64,000 nt of DNA from Ruthenibacterium sp. Lineage in GTDB: Bacteria; Bacillota; Clostridia; Oscillospirales; Ruminococcaceae. Below, in pieces: positions 58,153-64,000 of the stretch. The notes under the pieces are model-generated. The model saw only the letters and a list, made by a program, of their open reading frames with translations. It had not been told where the DNA came from and searched no databases. The stretch is from the NCBI GenBank assembly GCA_020025235.1, contig JAHHSL010000003.1, positions 12,263 through 76,262 on the forward strand, in the 5' to 3' direction. The position numbers and the translations under genes were made by a program. The first letter of the stretch is position 1; each line of letters starts with the position of its first letter.

Positions 58153-60195
58153 TTAATAGAGACACTCTTCGGAGGGGGAAGGAAGGGCGGGGCGATCGCG
58201 GCCCCAGACCGGCAGAGCTTTCAGCGGCGACAGATCGGTAACGCGGGTGCCCCAGATCGAAAGCTCTTTCAGAGCGGGGCAGCCGGACAACGGTGACAGG
58301 TCGGTGATGCCGCTGCAGCAGTCAGCCGAAAGCGTTTCAAGTTCTGTCAGACCCGAAAGCGGCGCAAGCGAGGCTGTTGCGGTGCGGGAAACAGACAGAT
58401 GCTGTAAATGAGTGCAGCCGGAAAGCGGGGAAATGTCGGATACTCCGGACTGTTCCAGATCCAGCTTTTTCAGCGCTTTGCAGCCGGAAAGCGGGGCAAT
58501 ATCCGTCAGCTTCGATTGGTCACGCAAGGAAAGCACTTCCAGTTCTGTCAACCCCGCAAGGCCGGAAATATCCTGCAGCGTATTGTGATAGCTGTCAAAA
58601 ACCAGCTGCTTCAGTTTTGTCATGCCGGCCAGTGCAGAAAGATCCTGTGCGGTGGAGTTCGACAAAAACAAATCGGTCACTTCCGTCAGGCCGGAAAGGG
58701 GCGAAAGATCTGCCGCCGATGTATTAAGCCGCAGCCAGTTGAGCTTCGTCAAGCCGGACAAAAAGGACAGGTCGCTGGCACCGATATCCAGCTGGGTCAG
58801 TTCCGTAAGGGCAGCAAGGCAGGATAAATCACCGGAATGAGCACCAAGCGACAGCTTGGTCAGCTGTGTTTTGCCGGCAAGAAGCGAAAGATCCAGCGGA
58901 GCAGCGGTAGTGTCGATGCACAGTGTTTTCAGCCCCGGCATTGCGCCGATTGCAGAACAATCGGCAATCGAACGGCATTCGGTCAGATCCAGTTCTTCCA
59001 TTTGCGTGCAGGCGGCAAGCGGGGAGATATCTTCCAGATTATCATAGTTTGTGCGCAGGACAAGCTTTCGCAGCTGCGTGCAGTTTGCCAGTGCCGAAAC
59101 ATCATAGATCTGCGCCGCATCGCCAAGATACAGCTCCTGCAGGCTTGTCAGCCCCGCCAGCGGGGAAAGATCGTCCGGTTCATTTATATACTGATCGGTA
59201 GAAAGGCTGTTCGTCAGCCGCAGGGTTTCCAGACCGGAAAGAGTTTCCAGACCTTCCAGGCTGTCCAGCGGGCTGTAGGAAAGATTCAGTGTTTTCAGCC
59301 CGGTCAGCGTGCCAAGCCCGTGCAGGCTTTGCAGTACACTGTGGGATGCATCCAGTGTTTCAAGGCCTGTCATGCCGTCAAGGCCGGAAAAATCCGCGAG
59401 GGCACAGCGGGAAAGATCAAGCGACGAAAGCGACGAAAGCGACGAAAGCGGGGCAAGATCCCGCAGGCGCAGACAATGGGAAAGCCCCAGTTCCCGCAGC
59501 GCCGTCAGGCCGGAAAGCGGGCCGAGATCCCGCACCGGATTTTCACCGAGATCCAGCTTTTGAAGTGCGGTAAGCTCCGAAAGGAAAGAAAGGTCACGCA
59601 GGCGGTTTCCGGAAAGATCCAGATCGCAAAGTGCCGTCAGCCCCGCAAGAGCGCCGGCGTCGGTCTGCAGGCAGCCGGCAAGGTTCAGTGTTTCAAGGCT
59701 CGTCAGCTCTTTGAGCGGATCGAGCTGCACATCCTGCCGTCCGGCAAGGTTCAGCACACGCAGCTGTTTCAGCTGTGCCAAAGCGGAATAATCGGCAATG
59801 GCACCCGGATACGGCGCGGATGGCACGGGTTCCGGTTTGATATATGTCCACATCATTTTTTCGCCGGGCGCCTGGTCGGATTCTTCCTCGGCTCTTGCCT
59901 GGTCCCTGCGTTCTTCTTCGGCGTGAAATTCCGCGGTGGAAAGATCCAGCTCCTCCAGCGCGGGGAAAAGCTGCAGATCCTCCAGACTGTTCACCACACA
60001 GCCGGAAAGATCCAGTTTTGTGACAGAGGCAAGGTCGCTCCGGGAAATTTCTTCCTCCGAAGTGCCCAGCGCTTCCTGTGCGGCTGCCTTTACGGCAGGG
60101 TCTGCCCAGACCACCGGGCCGAGCGCGGGCGCGGCACAGCCGGCAAGGGCTGCCGCAAGCACAAGTGCCGCCATAGCTGCCAAAATTCGTTTCAT
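58153..60195 (-). CDS. Internalin-like leucine-rich-repeat lipoprotein
   Basis: RBS AGGAGG; lipobox LAGC; cap WADPAVKAAAQEALG...DLASVTKLDLS; repeats DLSPLxGLTxLxxLxL. Confidence 0.9.
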   Translation of the reverse strand: MKRILAAMAALVLAAALAGCAAPALGPVVWADPAVKAAAQEALGTSEEEISRSDLASVTKLDLSGCVVNSLEDLQLFPALEELDLSTAEFHAEEERRDQARAEEESDQAPGEKMMWTYIKPEPVPSAPYPGAIADYSALAQLKQLRVLNLAGRQDVQLDPLKELTSLETLNLAGCLQTDAGALAGLTALCDLDLSGNRLRDLSFLSELTALQKLDLGENPVRDLGPLSGLTALRELGLSHCLRLRDLAPLSSLSSLSSLDLSRCALADFSGLDGMTGLETLDASHSVLQSLHGLGTLTGLKTLNLSYSPLDSLEGLETLSGLETLRLTNSLSTDQYINEPDDLSPLAGLTSLQELYLGDAAQIYDVSALANCTQLRKLVLRTNYDNLEDISPLAACTQMEELDLTECRSIADCSAIGAMPGLKTLCIDTTAAPLDLSLLAGKTQLTKLSLGAHSGDLSCLAALTELTQLDIGASDLSFLSGLTKLNWLRLNTSAADLSPLSGLTEVTDLFLSNSTAQDLSALAGMTKLKQLVFDSYHNTLQDISGLAGLTELEVLSLRDQSKLTDIAPLSGCKALKKLDLEQSGVSDISPLSGCTHLQHLSVSRTATASLAPLSGLTELETLSADCCSGITDLSPLSGCPALKELSIWGTRVTDLSPLKALPVWGRDRPALPSPSEECLY
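59419..59450. repeat. In-frame 9-bp tandem repeat (AAGCGACGA x3.5) encoding LSS repeats
   Basis: Read directly from the sequence. Confidence 0.85.
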
Positions 60196-60436
60196 CAAAT
60201 GGTTCCTCCTTATCGTATCCCGCCGCAATGTCCGGCCATTCCGGCTTCGATATCAAAGTTTTTGGGGGATGCATAATTTTTTGCCGCACATTCTCTGCAA
60301 AGCAAAGCTGTGCAGTGTGCATCCGGGATCGGGTCGTGCATTAAATTGATTGTATCATAAAATCAAAGGGGCTGCACTGTTTTTCGGAAAAACGCGAAAA
60401 GCGTCGGCGCTTCCTGCAAATGCATGGGAACGCAGC

Positions 60437-60949
60437 TTACGTCTGCAGTTCCGGGGCAGGCGCTGCGGAATTTTTCTGGTAGGCAAGGCGTTCCGAACCG
60501 TTTTCCAGTGTGATGATGCCGCACAGCTGAAAGTTGTTTTTGGCAAGAAGCTTCTGCATGACGCAGTTATCCCGATGCGTATCAATGCGCAGATTGCCGC
60601 ATTGAGAAAACGCCCAGTTCAGACAGAACGTGGCGGCGCCTTTTACGCTGCCGTCAGAAGTGATGCGGTGCACAACGCCGTATGGTTCATCGTCGAGCCA
60701 GCTGCCGCCATGGATCACGGCATAGGTGGGGTCAGGCGCCGTATTGAAATAAAAGGTTGCCGCAATGTGTCCGTTTTCTTCGCAGACATAGCTGTGCTGC
60801 GTGCGGATATCGTTTTCGATTACAGCGGGGGCAGGATCGGAGGTGCCCCACTGGTGTGGATTGCCGTGTTCCGCCATGAATAGGCGGGCGTGCTCGTATA
60901 ATTGAAGAAGCACCGGAAGATCGGCGGTGGTTGATTTTCGTATCTGCAT
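60437..60949 (-). CDS. GNAT family N-acetyltransferase
   Basis: ARLFMAEHGNPHQW, DPTYAVI, YGVVHRI, LRIDTHRDN..MQKLL..NNFQLCGII. Confidence 0.88.
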   Translation of the reverse strand: MQIRKSTTADLPVLLQLYEHARLFMAEHGNPHQWGTSDPAPAVIENDIRTQHSYVCEENGHIAATFYFNTAPDPTYAVIHGGSWLDDEPYGVVHRITSDGSVKGAATFCLNWAFSQCGNLRIDTHRDNCVMQKLLAKNNFQLCGIITLENGSERLAYQKNSAAPAPELQT

Positions 60950-61355
60950 GATTTTGTCCTTTTAAATATGTATTATAAGGGAGCGTCGGAATCCGGCATC
61001 CAGGCAAAACCGAATCTGGTTCTGCTTTGCCGGGATGCACTTGGCTCTGCTTTATTATAGCAGATGCAAAGCGGAATTTCACGCGGGATGCTTTTCATGA
61101 TCCACCATTTTTTCAAGCCCGCTTGCTTGGCGCGGGCGCGGCAAGGATTCACCATATCGGGATGCGGACGTCACATTTTGCCGTTTCGGCGCACAAAACG
61201 ATTTTTCCGGGCGGAAAAAGTCGCTTTTGCCTTGCGGGATGACGAAAATTTTGTTCAGCAAAAATGGCGTAAAAAAGGTGAAGTTATACTTGTTTTAAAC
61301 ATTTTATAAGTTTTTAGTCATGAAAATATAGTTATATTGATGAAAAAATTGTTGA

Positions 61356-61384
61356 TTGCAAACGGCGCACATCCCTGTTAGAAT
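61356..61384 (+). promoter_or_regulatory. Sigma-A promoter
   Basis: TTGCAA-N17-TAGAAT with an extended TG. Confidence 0.6.
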
Positions 61385-61505
61385 CAAAATTGCATTATGT
61401 GGCCTGTATGCCGGAGCGTGAAGCAGCGAATTGCTTGCGGTGCACAAAGTGATTCGATGCGGCATGCAGGAGCAAAACGAAGAAAATGAAAAAGGAGCTA
61501 AAGGC

Positions 61506-64000
61506 ATGAAAAGCAAAAAACGAGTTCGGGCGTTGCTAAGTACTGCGCTTTGCGCAGCAATGGTGCTTTCCAATGCGTCGGTCGCATTCGCGGAAACTCC
61601 CGCGGGAACGCCGGAACAGACAGCAGCAGCGGGGCAGACGATCAATCTGCTGCGCGATTCCGGTACCGCATCATATGTATACGGAGAAGATGCGCTGTAC
61701 AATATGTCTCATTTCGATATTTTGGGCAGCGCGGCCGATTCTGCCGATCCCGACTGTGTCAAGCTGACGGACGGCGTCAAGAGTGAGGGCGGCGCAATCG
61801 ATATTGATAAAGCAGTCAATATGTATTCGCGCCCTGAATTCAACACGGCAGAAAACGGTGCAAAATTTTCCGCACAGAATACCGTGGATTTTGACTTGGG
61901 CGAAGCCAAAACCATTACAGAAGTCAACGCATACAGCAGTAAGAAGCTGACAGGGCGCTTTCAGGGGGAATTGGGCCACGTCGGCAAATACAGCGTCTAT
62001 GTTTCGACCAATAAGGCCGATTGGATCAATCTGGTAAACAGCAAGGACTGTGCAAATGACACCGCAGCAGACACCGGTGCATATGTTGCACGCTATTCCG
62101 TCGCACAGGATAAGGTGCCCGAGCACCCCGAAGCGACCGGTGTTTATGCGCAGTATGTCCGCATTGTTCTTGAACCGAACGCAAACTGGGGCAATAATGT
62201 CTATCTGGCTGCAGAAGAAGTAGAAATCATGGGACAGAACGGCAAGGCAGAGGGCGCATATGACCCTGCCGGCACGCCGGTAGTTCCCGATCAGCCCACA
62301 GACGGCAACCTTGCAAAGGATGCAACCTACACCTATTCGGAAGCAACGACAAAATACATGCTTACCGAAAATGACGACAGCGCCTACTCGGCAGATACCG
62401 ATATGAAGAAGCTGAACGACGGCGTTCGCGGCGACCATACCGGCGCTGACATGAAGGGCTGGACGGTATTCAATCCGATCCCCTGGATGAATCCGGACAA
62501 CGCTTCCAACTACAATAACGATCCGCTCTGTGCGATCTTTGATCTGGGCGCACCGAAGTCGATCACCGGTGTTCAGACCTCCTCGCTGGTAGCAGGCCCG
62601 ATCAAGCAGAGCGCAAACCTGCAGGTGTATGTTTCCAACGACAAGCTGGATTGGTTTGAAATCTCGAAGAAAAACGGCTATGACAAGGTACAGCCGACCG
62701 ATGGCGTTGTAAACCTTTCCTGGGATGTTGCTGCGGATAAGGTGAAGGATCATCCGGATGCAACGGCTGTTTACGCACAGTACGTAAAGGTCGTTTTCTC
62801 GTCGTTCTCGCCGGATGCCGACCAGTACGTTGCCATTGACGAAATCGAGATCCTGGGCAGCAGCGAAAAGATCGCAGGCGCCTATGAACCGAAAGCGGAA
62901 GTGATCGGCGGCGATACCGATCCGAATCATCCGGACAACCTCGCATTCAAAAAGGCTTATGAAGTGCTCAATTCCGATGCGAGCGGTGACGCTCCGTATC
63001 CCGACCCGAAGAAAACAAAGCTGACGGACGGCGTGGAAGCATCGGAAAACTATCTGGAAGCACCGTGGGTCGGTTATTCCGGAGGAAAATACCGCGAAAT
63101 CGTAATCGACCTGGGCGAAGTATGCTCGGTGTCCGCAGTGGAATTCAATAACCTGTACAACGACGGCATCGGTGCAAGAATGCCCAGCGCGGTAGATGTT
63201 GCGTTCTCGAAGGATAAGTCCACCTGGTCGACGCTGTCGAACTCGTTCATGATCCCGGACACTCCCTCTACCATTGCCAAGGTCCTGTACAACTGGAAAG
63301 CAACGGATGACCCGAATGTCAATAAGGCAGAAGGCCAGACCACTGCAAAGATCCAGGCACGCTATGTAAAGCTGCATGTTCCCATGCGCAACTGGTGCTT
63401 CATTGATGAAGTGCGTGTTCTGGGCGAAAAAGGCGTTTCTGCTGATGCAGTTGTTCTGCCGGCCGATGGCTCGGTGCAGAAAACCTATATGAAAAAAGGC
63501 CCGCACACCGCAGAGATCGGAAACCTGGTCCTGCTGTACAACGGCTATTATGAAAACGGTTCCGGCAACTGGACTGCTGAAAACTGCCTGCCCTATCTTG
63601 TGCATGAAGATATCAAGACCGGCGCAGTCGATACCATGTTCGATGGCGTTCTGATGCTGGCACTTCGCACCGAAGGCGGACAGCATACCTTCCAGGGCCC
63701 CAGCTCTGCAGCAGAAGCAGCAACCGTGGATGACTTTGTCTGGTATCTGAACAAGACCCTTGGCAAAGACGGCGACGTTGCAGCTTTGAACAAAGCGGCA
63801 AAAATGGCCGGCGAAAAACTGGGCGACCCCAACTACAAGATGAAGGTCGTTCTGAATATTCCGGGAACCAGCGAAAAGCAGGTCGATTTCGGCGCACTGC
63901 CGGGAACCACCAAATCGCTGAGCTTCTCTCCGGATATCAACCCGGACGGCTATATGGACGATCAGGTTACCGCAATCAAGTGGTATAACCAGGAACTGCT
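61506..64000 (+). CDS. Large secreted protein with three discoidin/F5-8-type-C-like modules and a DUF4855-like domain; runs off the window
   Basis: Absent from the ORF track because it has no stop here. I translated it by hand: MKSKKRVRALLSTALCAAMVLSNASVAFA signal peptide; three repeats of KLxDG...DLG...AxYVK...DEIEILG; then LVLLYNGYY...WT...PYL...DTMFDGVLMLAL. Confidence 0.85.
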   Translation, partial: MKSKKRVRALLSTALCAAMVLSNASVAFAETPAGTPEQTAAAGQTINLLRDSGTASYVYGEDALYNMSHFDILGSAADSADPDCVKLTDGVKSEGGAIDIDKAVNMYSRPEFNTAENGAKFSAQNTVDFDLGEAKTITEVNAYSSKKLTGRFQGELGHVGKYSVYVSTNKADWINLVNSKDCANDTAADTGAYVARYSVAQDKVPEHPEATGVYAQYVRIVLEPNANWGNNVYLAAEEVEIMGQNGKAEGAYDPAGTPVVPDQPTDGNLAKDATYTYSEATTKYMLTENDDSAYSADTDMKKLNDGVRGDHTGADMKGWTVFNPIPWMNPDNASNYNNDPLCAIFDLGAPKSITGVQTSSLVAGPIKQSANLQVYVSNDKLDWFEISKKNGYDKVQPTDGVVNLSWDVAADKVKDHPDATAVYAQYVKVVFSSFSPDADQYVAIDEIEILGSSEKIAGAYEPKAEVIGGDTDPNHPDNLAFKKAYEVLNSDASGDAPYPDPKKTKLTDGVEASENYLEAPWVGYSGGKYREIVIDLGEVCSVSAVEFNNLYNDGIGARMPSAVDVAFSKDKSTWSTLSNSFMIPDTPSTIAKVLYNWKATDDPNVNKAEGQTTAKIQARYVKLHVPMRNWCFIDEVRVLGEKGVSADAVVLPADGSVQKTYMKKGPHTAEIGNLVLLYNGYYENGSGNWTAENCLPYLVHEDIKTGAVDTMFDGVLMLALRTEGGQHTFQGPSSAAEAATVDDFVWYLNKTLGKDGDVAALNKAAKMAGEKLGDPNYKMKVVLNIPGTSEKQVDFGALPGTTKSLSFSPDINPDGYMDDQVTAIKWYNQEL

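Noticed and set aside
55400..60195. LRR periodicity as a CRISPR array or DGR template/variable repeat
   Set aside because: The repeats are degenerate and protein-coding; there are no identical repeats with spacers, no cas genes and no reverse transcriptase
2932..61038. Recurrent GGATGC/GCATCC in intergenic hairpins as a REP-like repeat family
   Set aside because: Similarity does not extend beyond 6-9 bp and the word is also common in coding DNA; enrichment cannot be shown without counting

Overview
Chromosomal window from a fairly GC-rich, spore-forming gut-type Clostridia genome (probably Oscillospiraceae/Ruminococcaceae-like; inferred from sigK, tepA, ftsK/spoIIIE, the GGGtGRT operon and sigma-A promoters). 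It holds about 50 mostly housekeeping CDSs: secA, an amino-acid ABC transporter with ARG-like boxes, a pssA-psd phospholipid operon, uraA, copA-csoR, an aconitase-icd-rex-tdk operon, ftsK, ygiQ, two internalin-like LRR lipoproteins and a large discoidin/DUF4855 secreted protein cut by the window edge. I saw no rRNA, tRNA, CRISPR array, transposase, integrase or prophage. The most interesting signals are below the scale of the ORF track or inside genes: (1) an Asn/Asp-rich 28-codon leader peptide with alternative pairings and a terminator in front of an MccF-like S66 peptidase, possibly an attenuator sensing aminoacyl-tRNA synthetase inhibition; (2) a pyrBI/pyrE-style leader-peptide attenuator with no recognisable PyrR site in front of uraA; (3) a strong internal RBS plus in-frame ATG in copA that could make a CopZ-like chaperone from the same gene; (4) a TetM/EF-G-like GTPase fused to a Rae1/YacP NYN nuclease; (5) an apparently catalytically dead P1B-ATPase homologue. 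All family calls come from motif recognition by eye. No database searches or folding programs were run, and some start codons are best guesses from RBS position.
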